From contig OZ024743.1 of the NCBI GenBank assembly GCA_964016885.1, positions 298,964,001 through 299,028,000 of the forward strand: 64,000 nt of DNA, in the 5' to 3' direction. The notes under the pieces were generated by a model that had not been told where the DNA came from, searched no databases, and saw only the letters and a list, made by a program, of their open reading frames with translations. Positions 27,140-40,689 of this stretch are shown piece by piece. Position 1 is the stretch's first letter; the number at the start of each line of letters is the position of its first letter. Made by a program: the position numbers and the translations under genes. This stretch comes from Eledone cirrhosa. Its lineage: Eukaryota.

Positions 27140-27517
27140 CATATTGCCAAATATACTACACATACATTCATGTATACAACGCTATTTCAGAGCACCGATA
27201 CTAATATCTAATTTTTTGCTGGACCGGCAATCGCTCTGTTTAATCAACTCTTAAATATTACTAGAATTCTATAAGCATCCACCTCCTATAAATCTCGACA
27301 GCAGCAAGGGACCGATTGGTCTTGATAAACGCTAACGAGCGAGAAACAAACTGTCGATCACTCTTCTTTGTTTTTGTTGAGATTAAGTAAATGACATAGT
27401 CAGTACTATAAAACTCATAGCGAATGGTCTTCAAAATGTTTTTAATTAAACATACAGTATATTGCCAAATATACTATACATACATCATTCATATATATAT
27501 ATATTTATATATATATA

Positions 27518-27633
27518 ATATAGAAGAGCTTCTAGAGGACTAGAACTGTTTCATTTGTGAGAAATCATCAGGAACCTTCCTAATGATTTCTCAAGAACGA
27601 AACACTTCTAGTCCTGTAGAAGCTCTTCTATAT
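27518..27633. repeat. Fold-back palindrome with an HHR-like core in each arm
   Basis: Minus arm CTGATGA-tttctcacaaat-GAAACAG; plus arm CTAATGA-tttctcaagaac-GAAACAC; centre ggaa-cc-ttcc. Confidence 0.85.
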
Positions 27634-27638
27634 TAAAA

Positions 27639-27690
<52 letters not shown>

Positions 27691-27699
<9 letters not shown>

Positions 27700-27947
27700 A
27701 TTGAATATAAAATAGAGATAAACACAGATATATACATATATGTGTTCAAATCGTAAGTGACCAGATTCGCAAGGGTGAAAAAATATCGGTTTGTATTTAT
27801 TTTCTTGATTTATTATTTTAAATTGAGCCTGGCAAACCTGTTTATAGTTAGTATTTTTTTCACCCTAGCGAATCTGGACCCTTACGATTTGAACACATAT
27901 ATGTATATATCTGTGTTTATCTCTCTTTTATTTTCAATTATATTATA
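27691..27947. repeat. Inverted repeat with about 95-bp arms and 65-bp spacer
   Basis: agagataaacacagatatatacatatatgtgttcaaatcgtaag..gggtgaaaaaata and its reverse complement. Confidence 0.9.
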
Positions 27948-28024
27948 CGGCCCGGAAAAATCTCTTTCCTTGAGCTATTTGATTGTAAGACACTATTTTG
28001 AGTTTCTAACTTGATATATACCTT

Positions 28025-28066
<42 letters not shown>

Positions 28067-28071
<5 letters not shown>

Positions 28072-28265
28072 AACGAGTAGGACCATGATGGCTGAGCTCA
28101 AGCCGTTTCGACGGCTAATTCTGACTCCAGTCCAGAATTAGCCGTCGAAACGGCTTGAGCTCAGTCGGCGGGGTCCTACTCGTTCCTATTACCCACTCTA
28201 CTACCCTAAGTATTGAGTACTTTGGTGCGTTATGGTCCATCTGGTTCCTTACCACATTTCCTTCG

Positions 28266-28268
<3 letters not shown>
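28067..28268 (+). mobile_element. PLE terminal-repeat fragment with 5' fold-back (palindrome 28067-28189), between (TA)n
   Basis: Same family as 45209-45410, 31189-31247 and the end of the PLE at about 34010-34055; contains the HHR 3' half GTC-GAAA-CGGC-ttgagctca. Confidence 0.7.
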
Positions 28269-28338
<70 letters not shown>

Positions 28339-30018
28339 CATAAATATATATATATATATTTTTTTTTTCTGGAGAAATCTTTTCTATATGTGGCGTTTGG
28401 CATGAATTCCTCCTATAATACTCTTCTTTGAGAGGAGCACGATATGTAGAGTAACACATATGTATTGTCGAAGTTGAAACTGAGAACCACCACCCCTCCT
28501 GCTGACCCAAATGTTTACTGAGGACCAGAACACCATTCTCCGCAATATAAGAGAGGAATGCGCTTGCCGGACTATTGATGAGCATAACATCACATTCCAA
28601 GGTAATGGCAAAACACAGTGAATGCTATACACGACCAGAACACCACAACATGCACATCGGAGCAACACAGATATAATATCAATAGGCGAATCAATTGAAT
28701 TTTTTGAGTTGAAATACATATAAATATGTGTCTGTGTGTATCGGACACACGTACACATAAAGAAACTGCTGACCTAAATGTACCTGTCATGCCTGTCTGA
28801 ATTCCTAAGAGAATTTTCGGTCAGTTACTATCTTGACCGATTAACCCCACAATTACTACGTAGCGGTTCTTGCACGTGTCTGCTGGACCCGGATGAAACG
28901 AAGACGAAGAATTTCCTTGCGTACCGTTTTGTACCACAGATGCAATCTCACTCTGCCTCGTTAATGTTCTATCGACACCAAAGTTTTACGTTCGGGGCAA
29001 TAGAATTGAATCCAACTACCGACAACATAGTTGCATGACCGATAATCACACCAAACCGGAGTACTGTGATCCTTGTTATTTCGAGATATACAACCACTGA
29101 CACTGTTACGAAGACCAGAAAACCATACTCCATAATATTGAACCAAGTGATTGATTTGTGCGACCAAAATAACACCACACACATATTGAACTAGGAATAT
29201 TAGATCCTCCGTCAATGTCTGGGTGAGCAAAAATAGATTTCTATCTGCATTGGAATTTACGAACTTGTGCATCTGCTGTGGTGTCAAAAACAAACGCACA
29301 TGACCGCACAGATAAACAATGGACTATGCCACGTGGCTTGAACCTGTAAGTGATTTGAAGGTTCTGTAACTCTGATATACAGATTATTTATTATTAAGAT
29401 GTATAAACTTGACATAACTATTATCATCTTATATTCTCTCAACTAATCACATTTGATCATATTTCTCTATCCCGTTTTCTCCCCCCATAATTATAATATT
29501 TTTATTTGAAAAAATCGGTTTTTTTACATTGTGTTTTCCCCTTCAAATACTTGCTTATATTTCTTTATATATTTTATTATATATATATTTTTTATCTTTA
29601 TTCTTATTTTCACTTTTATCCTCCTTTATATTTTACCTTATTATTACTTTTATACCTTATTATAGTGTAATCTTCCCCATGCCTTATTATACATTATTAA
29701 TTATAGATTATTATTATTACTCTTTTTCCATTTCTAATTACCTCATGTACTTTCTCCTCCGTTATATATTGTATGCCCTTTGTGTTTGTGGAGCCTCTGC
29801 ACACCCTATGCACCCTACTATCGACGCCACCCCATCTATGGTTCAGCTAACCACTCGACTCCCGGGAATGAATATGACCGCAGCTAGTAAACAAGGACCC
29901 ACACCCCACCCTCCCGCACCAAAATTAGACTTATCGTCCCCTACTTTTGCTCTTTACTCTCTTTACTCTTTGTTCTTGAATGTTTGGTTGGTAGAGTCCA
30001 TAACACCAATCAAACCCC

Positions 30019-30079
30019 TTTTATAGCTCTGACGAATCCTACGGTTACGTAAGGAAGAAACATTGTAAGCCAATAAAAA
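30019..30079 (+). ncRNA. Minimal type I hammerhead ribozyme
   Basis: TAGCT-CTGACGA-a-TCCTACG-gtta-CGTAAGGA-a-GAAA-CATTG-TA^AGCCA, followed by AATAAA. Confidence 0.75.
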
Positions 30080-30462
30080 TCTTTTGATGTTGTAGACGCT
30101 CTTGTGTTCTTTATCATATATATATATAAAACAAATGGAAAGAGATTGAAGGCTAAACAATGCAACATGGGCTGTAAGATGAGGTAACTAAAAAGTAAGT
30201 TACCTTTGTTTCCTTTATTGTTGTTGCTGTTCTTTCTTCGTTCCAATATTTCGAGATCTAAAAGTCCCTTCTTCAGAGTTTAAAGAACTATCAGAGAATA
30301 ATGTTCCGATTTCCTCTCGTTTGGATTATATTTTGATTTAAATTTCTTAAGTCGTTTTCAAGGTTATTTTGATGGTTATCTCACTATTCAAAAGAATGAC
30401 GTTAATCGCCAATGTAGTGTTTCACGAAATCAATTTTCTTTTTTCTACAACATTTTATTATA

Positions 30463-30609
30463 TACTAGCAGAATGGCCCGGCGTTGCTCGGGATTTGCTT
30501 TAGGGTTCTTATATATTCGATATATATTTATCCTTATCGAGCCTCGTGAATTAATACGTTTGTTTATATTTTGTTATTGTGTATGCAAAAACATCTGTGC
30601 ACGAATATA

Positions 30610-30699
<90 letters not shown>

Positions 30700-31151
30700 T
30701 ATATATATATAAAACAGTACAGAGAAGTACGGAATACATCGGCATCGGGATGGTGTCTGCATTTTGTGCTTATAAAAAAAAATTCGTCGTAGATTACCAG
30801 GGTTTTTTTCCGTGCGAAGAAAATAAATACTTTATCGTGAAATAAATATTTTTGTTTATATTTTGTTATTGTGTATGCAAAAATGCTATATATTTACCCT
30901 TATCGAGCCTCGTGAAATAAATACGTTTGTTTATATTTTGTTATTGTGTATGCAAAAATATCTGTACACGAATATATAATTATATTTGTTTACTGTCCCT
31001 CTTTCTCCACCCAATTCGCTCTGTCGCAATAACTTATTTTAGTTATTGCTCGCACTGATTTTGAGGTATCTGGTCTTTAATGCGAATAAATACCGATGAT
31101 AGTCAGAAGATTACTGATGATGGACAGTCCCGTTTCTCATTCTATTTTTCA

Positions 31152-31192
<41 letters not shown>

Positions 31193-31243
31193 AGAATTAG
31201 CCGTCGAAACGGCTTGAGCTCAGCCGTCGTGGTCTTACTTGTT

Positions 31244-31332
<89 letters not shown>

Positions 31333-31520
31333 GACAGTACAGAGAAGTACCTAATACTTCGGCCTCGGGATGGTGTCTACATTTTGTGCATATAAAAAAA
31401 ATGGTCGTAGAATACCAAGGGTTTTTTTCGTGCGAAGAAAATCAATACTTTATCGCGAAATAAATACTTTTGTTTATATTTTGTTATTCTGTATGCCAAA
31501 ATATCTGTTCACGAATATAT

Positions 31521-31603
<83 letters not shown>

Positions 31604-31725
31604 TATATTAAAATAACAGATTAAAGTTTAAGCAAAGAATCGCTGCTTTCATCCTTAACAGGATCTTCTGAAACTAAAGAAATCAATCTGTCAACGCAGA
31701 AGTAAATATTTCGAAAAACGTTACA

Positions 31726-31767
<42 letters not shown>

Positions 31768-31921
31768 TATATATGTATATCGGCCTGCCAGTGGGATGGC
31801 GTCATTGTATGGCTAAAACAATACGTGCTGTGACCAGCGGCGCCGAATGGCGCCCAATAGACTGGTCGATCAAGGTGATATATATATATATATATACACA
31901 CACTATACACACACACACACA

Positions 31922-31965
<44 letters not shown>

Positions 31966-32263
31966 GTCATAATGTCGTAATGCAGACAACCAGACATACA
32001 GACAGATATTATGAGGGCGCAACGTTATATCTATGTATCCATCTAAAAAGAAAGACTAACAATTATAGAGAGAGATCGCTAAATCGTCTAATGCGGTCCC
32101 TACGGCATTGAACATTTGAAATTTCTTTTTCTCAAAACACTCACAGAACCATAAGTATTACATGTGTAAAGTTTGAAAACAATCGGTTGGGTGGTTATCG
32201 AGTTTTAGTGAGCTGACAGACAGACAGACAGACAGACATACATTCTCTGTTTTAGATATATAG
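30463..32263 (+). mobile_element. Possible non-autonomous Helitron/Helentron-like element interrupted by insertions
   Basis: 5' ACTAGCAGAATGGCCCGGCGTTGCTCGGG (similar start near 12992); 3' (GACA)n..TTTTAGATATATAGAT; internal duplications. Classification from recalled terminal patterns only. Confidence 0.45.
31021..31127 (+). ncRNA. Candidate permuted HHR (copy C; GAAA mutated to TAAA)
   Basis: CTGTC..GCAATAACT/AGTTATTGC..TCGCA-CTGATT..GGTATC^TGGTCT..TGCGA-a-TAAATACC..AGTCAG..AGATTA-CTGATGA-tg-GACAG; helices retained through compensatory or wobble changes. Confidence 0.55.
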
Positions 32264-32289
32264 ATATATATATTTCCTTTTTTCTACAA

Positions 32290-34050
32290 CATTTACAATA
32301 TATCCACCGCAGTTCCAACCACCCAAGGAACATTACCAACAACTTAGTAAAAAATATCTCCCTCCACATATGATGCTTGTCCGCAAACGAGCAGATCTTC
32401 AATGAACACGCACCATATTACAACCAGACCCTCAAAAGAAGAGGCTTCCAGGAGGACATTTCCTATTATGCAGGCCCTTCTAGCGGATCCAGCAGGCGAA
32501 GACGCCGCTCACCCACGTGCCGTGGTTCAACCGTCCCCACAATGCCGAGGTTGCAACACCAATTGGGAAGATCTTCAGACTTCTAGATAAACACTTCCCA
32601 CCCCAACACTACTACCATAATATCATCAATAGAAACACCTGTTTAACTTTCCTACAACACTACACCCAACTTTGTACAAAACATTGCTTTATCTAACAAT
32701 AAAAATCTCCTCTCTAACAGAAGAAACAACAACGATATTCGCGGTAGCAAATTAGGAGTTGCAATTGTCTGGATAGATCATCGTGACCCCTCCACAACAG
32801 ATGCTGCGAACGAAACGAGGTCTACCAGTGCAATGCGAGGACGGGACACTCCAGAAATGCCTACATCGGATTAACCTCCTGCGAGTTTAAGTTCATTACC
32901 AACACAAACCCACCAACATTCATTTAGAAACCCGGCCCGGCGAAACGTGACAGCAATTTCTGGAACAATATTACCTACCATCTAAGTTGGAGCATACTTT
33001 CCGAGGCAAAATCTTACTCGGGAGGACGCCGTCCGTGCAATTTATGCTCGAAGGAAACGATCCAGATGCCGTTTGCAAAGGGTCAATTGTTAAACAAAAA
33101 AAAAATGAACTCTTTACCTCGTGTAAACACAGAATATATAGGACATATCTTACCTTCAAACCCCTTCACGACCCAGGTGGGTAGACCTCGGCTGTATTTC
33201 CTTCCCAATTATAACTAAGATAGAGGAAACCCCAAGCATACTTAGGTAGAAACAGAATTTATTCTTTGTTAGTTACACATTCTAATTACATTTAGGTGGA
33301 TCTTCGCATATTTACACTGTTAGAAACAGTTCCTAATCTTTCTTAGGTATACCCGGAATATTTATATTCTTGTTAAAATATACATACAATCCTAAGGAAC
33401 CGACCGAACAGATAGCTATGACAGTTTACTTGACTTAGGTTGATTTTTTGGGGGTGTATGATTATAAAAGAAAATACTAGTAACTTAGTGTATTGAGGTG
33501 CCCTTCCTGTACATTGGAATAATTGATGACTAAATTTCTTTATTAGGAATTGAATTAGTATTCTAATATGCTAAATGAATATGCTTTGCTTTTTAGATAA
33601 GTGTAAGATCAGGCATACTTAACTCTCTAACTACTAGCTTTGATTCTTACACGTTGAAATTATATTCTTACCTCTTTGAATTGTAGGTTACCGTCTCTAT
33701 AAATGAAAGATAGTTGTAGAGATTTCTCTCTTAACGCCTGCCTAGCTTGGCATCCACAGGTTAGACTGTCTTCTCACCCCCACCCTCCTTTGTTCTTCCG
33801 GCCTGATCAGACCCCGCCGCTTTGAAGGAATTTAACTATGTACACGATATCCCAGATCATTGACCAGTCCTCATGACAGACAAGAAAAACAACACATTTT
33901 TAGGATTCTTTGTTTTGATATTTCTGCTTTTTTTGTTTTGACTGCATGCCCATATAAGTTCAGCTAGATTCCCGCCGATCTAATACTGCTGCCTTAGTCC
34001 GGATCTAGGTGTCGAAACGGCCGGAGCTCAGACGTCGAGGCCCTGACTCT

Positions 34051-34056
<6 letters not shown>
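32290..34056 (+). mobile_element. Penelope-like retroelement 3' fragment, decayed
   Basis: YIHRSSNHPRNITNNL..LSANEQIFNEHAPYYNQTLKRRGF; YIGLTSCEFK near 32860; KKNELFTSCKHR; long 3' region ending in GTCGAAACGGC then (TA)n. Confidence 0.8.
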
Positions 34057-34088
<32 letters not shown>

Positions 34089-34429
34089 TAAAATAACAGA
34101 TTAAAGTTTAATAAATATTTGCTCTATGGTTTTATATATTTTGATATATATATTATCCTTATCGAGCCGTCTTCAGATTTTAGAATGGTGGGCCGAACCG
34201 TTCATAGGCTTACTATAAAGTAGTGATGCTAGAGCTCTGAAATCTTACCAGCATTTATTTCAACTCTTCTTATTAATAACTTAATTATTTCCTTCCAGGG
34301 ACTATGTGGAAAAATAAATCTCATCTGGCAATTCCTTGAGAGTAACTTAGTCAGCCTTTGAACAATTCAGTCGACTCTCTAATATTTACGGAATAGTCCA
34401 AACATTTCAAGCACACTGTCAAAGACACC

Positions 34430-34860
34430 AAGGAGAGGGATATAGACGTTAGGTCTGTAGTGACCTACATTCCGCGGGCTCACATACATTCTCTGTGCGT
34501 GATTTGGCTCAGCTCAGCCAATCAGCGCCAGTAGAAGTGGATGTATCCCTACGCCTTCTGAGGGAAAAATAGCCCGAAAAGATTAAAGGACGCCACGACT
34601 TCCAGGCTAGACCGTGTTAAGGTAAACACAAACAATATGTAACGACAAAGCATTACCTACGAGCCTGGCCAAACGCCTTCAGCCAGTCGCCCGTATTTTC
34701 TCTTGTAATCTTAATTGAATTATTTCATTTCTCTTGGCATGTCAGCTTAATTCACTTCTCAACCTTTGTTAATAAATAATGTAAAAACAAGCTAAAAGTC
34801 GTTGTCGATATACGCTATCATATCTTTCTACCAAACCTGGTTCCTCGTGGCAACATTACA
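34430..34860 (+). mobile_element. Possible LTR preceded by a polypurine tract
   Basis: aaggagaggga then tatagacg (TG start mutated), CCAAT, AATAAA near 34770, ends ..TTACA; no target-site duplication or second LTR seen. Confidence 0.4.
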
Positions 34861-35489
34861 ACTCTCTAAATATACTATTCTCTATCACAACAACAACAAC
34901 TTCTAAACATAACTCTCCGCCAAATCTGGTGACAATATACCTCAACCAAATTGGTGACTTATATTCAACAAAGAGAAACATTCCTTTCCTTTAGGTCCAT
35001 ACACTAGATGAAATGCATATAGTTTCAACTGTTATTGTCATTTTCGTGTTGGCACGTATAATGGATAGTATTTTGACCCTTCATCTTTTATTTTTCATTA
35101 ATTAGAAAGGGATTTCGGTGTGTATATTACCTGACTAATTGACTGAGCTGTTTATGGTTTGAGATCTACGGTGTATTTCGCAAATAATATCATAGACACC
35201 ACAAGCATCGCTATGGTTTACGTATTGGAAGTCTATACCAGATGTTCTCCCATTGTTTTTTTTTATTCTGATTTGCCTTGTGTAATATAACAAGTTGCAA
35301 TTATTGTAAATCCTTTGCACGATGGTGATAAAAAGAGTTATGATATTAAAGTTTAGAAGGGTTTGCATATGATTTTGGAAAATAATTAATCATTTGATGT
35401 TTATTTAATGACTTGCATGATTGTGGTTTGTTGATAAAAAGAATTTTACTCGTATGTTTGTAATAAAAAGAATTTTACTCGTATGTTTG

Positions 35490-35570
35490 TAATACGGGGT
35501 CGATAAAATAAAGTACCAGTAATGCACTGGGTAATTGATGGCCTTGTGCCAAAAGTAGAAACAATTATTA
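35490..35570 (+). mobile_element. SINE 3' fragment (dominant family)
   Basis: tacggggtcgataaaataaagtaccagtaatgcactgg..ggccttgtgccaaaagtagaaac. Confidence 0.8.
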
Positions 35571-35829
35571 ATGCAAGTTTTTTGCATGCTGTGTTTCGTT
35601 TAAGTATTTTCGTTTTACTAATTTGTTTTATATTCTGTAATTAAGAGTTATTTGTCTACATAGTATAATTTATATGTAGATTGTTTCACTTTACTGGATA
35701 TTTCTATATTTATTGTGATGAATTTGTTTCTGTAGCATATATTTTAGCGTACCAAATTATTTATCATCATGATCAGGATCATCATCAGGTATTAGATTTT
35801 CCTGAGCTCTCTTTATTCATTCATTTTAT

Positions 35830-36150
35830 TTTGAGTTTGTCCATTGCTTGATATTATCTGTCCATAAAATTCTTGGTTTTCATCTTCCCCAGTCCATTTA
35901 TTTTGCTTTTTATCAGTAGTCGCTGTAAATCATTTATTCTAATTATGTTAGTTTTTTATAGTGTCTAAAATAGATTTTTGACTTTTTGCATTTCTAGTAC
36001 TTCATCATTGGCTTGTATTCTGACCACTATATTCTCAAAAGTTTTCACAGCTCAAAGGCCGTTTGATGATACGTTTGCTAATGTCCATGTTTCAGCTTCA
36101 TATAGTAGAGTGAGCCACGCACAACATCTTAATAAAATTATTTTATTTTA
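35830..36150 (-). pseudogene. Decayed RTE-like LINE C-terminal remnant
   Basis: Minus-strand LTLLYEAETWTL resembles the RTE LLYGAETWT motif. Confidence 0.5.
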
Positions 36151-36907
36151 TGAAATATAACATAAATTATTTCATTTAATTACCTTAAAAATAAAATTGC
36201 TTGCCCACCCATTATTCACAAGAATTTATTTTAATCCATTCCTTCATTTTTCGTGCGCTCCTTTTGTAAGAATTTTACGGAGGAAGTCTTTTGACTGATT
36301 GCCACATTATACTCGTTTCGGATATGGCTAACCAAAGCCTGAGTTGAACTCACTACTAGAAGCTTACGAAGCATTTGTCAAGATCAAAGTTTTTCTACTA
36401 CCTATAGCGGTAAACTGTATTGCAACATTTATTATCTATAACGAGCGAGGTGGATTTAGCTATTGAGAGTATGTGTTATATATTCCTAATTATAAAACTT
36501 CATAGAACAAAATGGGATCTGACAGAAAGGAAATGATGCAACCCATCACGATTTCCGTTTGACTGAATCGTTTATCGTTTTGAACGAATGAAAGATCTTG
36601 AGCAATACGTAATGAACCAAGTGGGAAACATAGAAACTACATACTGAGTTTTGTTTGAATACGATGCAAGAAAGATACCATTTGCATTTTAACTCTTAAT
36701 ACAAAAGATGGAAGGTCGTTCCTCTCGATAATTTGCATAGATAACTCAATTACTGAAGGAGTCTGATTAAAAGAAACAGTCTATCCGTGAAAGCGCATCT
36801 ACAATTTGTTTATACTGTGTTAGATCTTATGTATATAGTTATCTTTGTACATATGACACAAACACACACACACACACAATTGCACTCATCTCTATCTTTC
36901 TCTCTCC

Positions 36908-36973
<66 letters not shown>

Positions 36974-37336
36974 GTGTGTGTTTGTGTGTGTGTTGTGTGT
37001 GTTGTGTATATATATAATATATAGAAATAAATTGTACATAATTTGAACTGTTTCATTCGTATAGAATCATCAGGACTAATACTAAGCCTAACCCTAATTA
37101 TAATTCTAAAACCAACTCTCACACACCCCTCTTTCTACTCCTCAACCTACAACTAAATGAATAATAAAACACTAAACTTATGCCGCTTTGAAACAAGATT
37201 TATCTCATGTATTGTATTTTATTTATTCAAGCTTATCCCACTGAGCTCCCTATAGCTAACTCTTCTTAACTTGACCTGAACAGCACGCACTAGAAAAAAC
37301 AAAAAACTACACAACCAACTACACACACACACACAC

Positions 37337-39120
37337 ATTAGATAGAGAAGTTGAAGATTTTTTACCAATATTCGTAAAAGAACATTTATGGTTATTAAAA
37401 CGAGATTTGAAGTCTGTGGAAGTGGAGCCGACATAGTTATAGGAGTTTTCATTTGATTTGACATGAAAACTCTTTTAACTATGTCGGCTCTACTTCCACA
37501 GACTTCAAATCTCGTTTTAATAACCATAAATGTTCTTTTACGAATATTGGTAAAACATCTTCAACTTCTCTATCTAACTTATTATGGGACTTGAAATCCA
37601 AGAACATTAACTATTCTTTACTGTGGAAAATTATTTCCAAAGCTCCTTCATACACTGCTTTATCCCTTTGTGTCGAAGAAATATTCTTTATACTAAAAAG
37701 TAAGAACTCTATTAATTTGCGGAATAATTTATTCAGTTCCTGCAAACATCGTTTAAATTCAACTTTTAAATATATATATAAAATGTAATATACGATTTAT
37801 CTCTTTTACATAATGTCTTCTATATCTATATAAGATTCATATACTTAATTTACTTTCTATTATCTCTACTTCACATATATATCATTACACCTTTATATGA
37901 CTGCTTGAAGGAACATTTTTTTCTTGAAAAACTTACGGAAGGTTTTAAGAAAATCTTTTGAAAATTCCTTTTTTTCATACCTTCCAATATTTTTATATTG
38001 TTATATTTTTATATTCTTATATTTTCAAACGTTTTTATTATATATATCCAAATGTTTATATATATGTGGAAAAACATGATTTTTTAATATATATGTGGAG
38101 TAACCTATAGTTTATGCTTTAAATATATTCTTAAGATAAATTTTAAAAAATGTTTTAACTTTATAGCAGGTAAATTTATGACTTCGTATAAAATAACATA
38201 TGGTTCATGTTTTAATTATATTCTTAAGATAAAAAAATGTTTTAACTTCTTAACTTTATAGAATTTAATCCTTAGAGTCATCTGAGTTCTTAGAAAATCA
38301 CTTATAACTTCCTTTACGCTTCCTTACTGTTGTTATCATATAACTAAGTGGTTATTCTTTTGTAAACTCTCGAAAATTTTCCATAAATTTAGAATTATTT
38401 GGATGTTTAAAATTTTTGACTTACAACTTTTAATAAAATAAACTATACTAGATTTGCTCTAATGTAAAATAATTTATTTAAATAATTTATAATCCTTAAC
38501 ATACACATTTAAACTAATTATTAAATTGTTAAATTAAATCTTTAATATTAAGGTAAATTTTAATTTTTAATTTTGATTTCTAATTTTAATTTTAATCTAA
38601 TTTTTCAACCTATCATTATAAATATTATAATCAAAACATAATGAATCCTGCATTATAAATATTATTCTTCCACGTTATTCTTATTTCTTCATTTCTTCTC
38701 ACTTAAATATACTTACGCTGTATTTATCCTTTGAAACTCATTTCTTCTCTCACTTAAATATACTTACGCTGTATTTATCCTTTGAAACTCATTTCTTCTC
38801 TCACTTAGATATACTTACGCTGTATTTATACTTTGAAACTCTTCTCTTCATGCACGTTATTTTTACTGTCAATATATAATCGTTCTTTCTTTCCTTTTCT
38901 ATCTTTCTCATTTCTTTCTTCTTTTTTCTCTCTCCCTTTTTTCTTTTTTTCTCTCTCCCTCACATATCACCTTCTTCCAACAGTTTAATTTAAATAAACC
39001 GTTATGAGTGTCCTTTCGGATACTCATTTGCATACTTACTCATAATTTTCTATCACCCTCAATAAATGTAATATCTCCACTATCCAGGAAGCTCCAACCG
39101 TTAAGGTTGTCTTGTTTTCT
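37337..39120 (+). mobile_element. Decayed PLE fragment (GIY-YIG part and AT-rich 3' region) with 5' inverted duplication 37337-37577
   Basis: YVGSTSTDFKSRFNNHK..KSKNINYSLLWKIISKAPSY..LCVEE..INLRNNLFSSCKHR; about 115-bp palindromic arms around 37451-37460; 3' boundary uncertain. Confidence 0.75.
38690..38845. repeat. 51-bp tandem repeat, 3 copies
   Basis: acttaaatatacttacgctgtatttatcctttgaaactc at 38701, 38752 and 38803. Confidence 0.92.
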
Positions 39121-39281
39121 GGGTATGTCAATATTTATTTGTAAAACAAATCTGTATTTTATCTGTTGAAAGCGCACCATAATTTGGCTTGGTGGCCCTT
39201 AAAATATGTATAATAAAATAAATATGGTTTTATAAATATAGTTTCATTAATATATTGTATATACGCATATATGTATGTACA

Positions 39282-39336
<55 letters not shown>

Positions 39337-39419
39337 TGTATGTATATATACATTTATATATATATATATATATACCTATATATATATACATACGTAACTA
39401 TAAACATATTTATCTCTCG

Positions 39420-39519
<100 letters not shown>

Positions 39520-39572
39520 CGAGAGGGAGCGAGAGATAAATATGTTTTATAGTTACGTATGTATATATATAT

Positions 39573-39654
<82 letters not shown>

Positions 39655-39659
<5 letters not shown>

Positions 39660-40443
39660 TATGTATACGTACATACATATATGTATACAGACGTACAGTA
39701 GTATGTATATATATATATACACATATATCCACACACATATATATATACGTATGGATTCACCGCACATTTATTAAAATGCTCGGTGTGTTTGTAAACAAAC
39801 ATCCCGAATTAAGCCGTACAGTGTCTAGCAACCATTGTTGCTCATTTGTTCAACACTGACAAAGGAACGCTGTACTAGTTTCAAGCTTATTAGCTATCGT
39901 CAGCAAGGTATACCTTCCTGCCAGATGGTTGAACGTCTGAAAGTATATACTTTCCTTATGCATATTAACGGCTGAGCAGCCTAATTTGCATATCGAGTTA
40001 GTTAATCGGCCGGGGTACCGAAAACGATAAACGGAAAAAATGAAACGAAATTTCATTTCTCACTCTTAGTACGGCTGTTACTTAAATATAAGTATGTATA
40101 CGTACATACATATATGTATACAGACATATATGTATACAGACATATATGTATACAGACATATATGTATACAGACATATATGTATACAGACGTACAGTATAA
40201 TGTATATATATATATACATACATGCACACATATATATATGTATGTATGGATTCACCGAACATTTATTATAATGTTGGGTGTGTTTGTAAACAAACATCCC
40301 GAATTAAGCCGTACAGTGTCTAGCAATCATCGTTGCTCATTTGTTCAACACTGACAAAGGAACGCTGTACTAGTTTACAAACACACCGAGCATTATAATA
40401 AATTTTCGGTGAATCCATACGTATATATATATATGTGTGCATG

Positions 40444-40515
<72 letters not shown>

Positions 40516-40620
40516 CTACTGTACGTCTGTATACATATATGTATGCACGTATACATACTTATATTTAAGTAACAGCCGTACTAAGAGTGAGAAATGAAAT
40601 TTCGTATCATTTTTTCCGTT
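39655..40620 (-). mobile_element. Retrozyme-like repeat, diverged subfamily: about 1.7 tandem units plus an inverted segment
   Basis: Clearly homologous to the 472-bp unit at 43251; period about 433; inversion starts near 40374. Confidence 0.75.
39867..39909 (-). ncRNA. Minimal type I HHR
   Basis: Minus strand: ACCTTG-CTGACGA-t-AGCT-aata-AGCT-t-GAAA-CTAG-TA^CAGCGT. Confidence 0.78.
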
Positions 40621-40648
40621 TATATATATATATGCATATATATCTATG

Positions 40649-40689
<41 letters not shown>

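Noticed and set aside
31625-31675. Minus-strand CAGAAGA-TCCT-gtta-AGGA-t-GAAA
   Set aside because: Core mutated and no helix I or III partner found.
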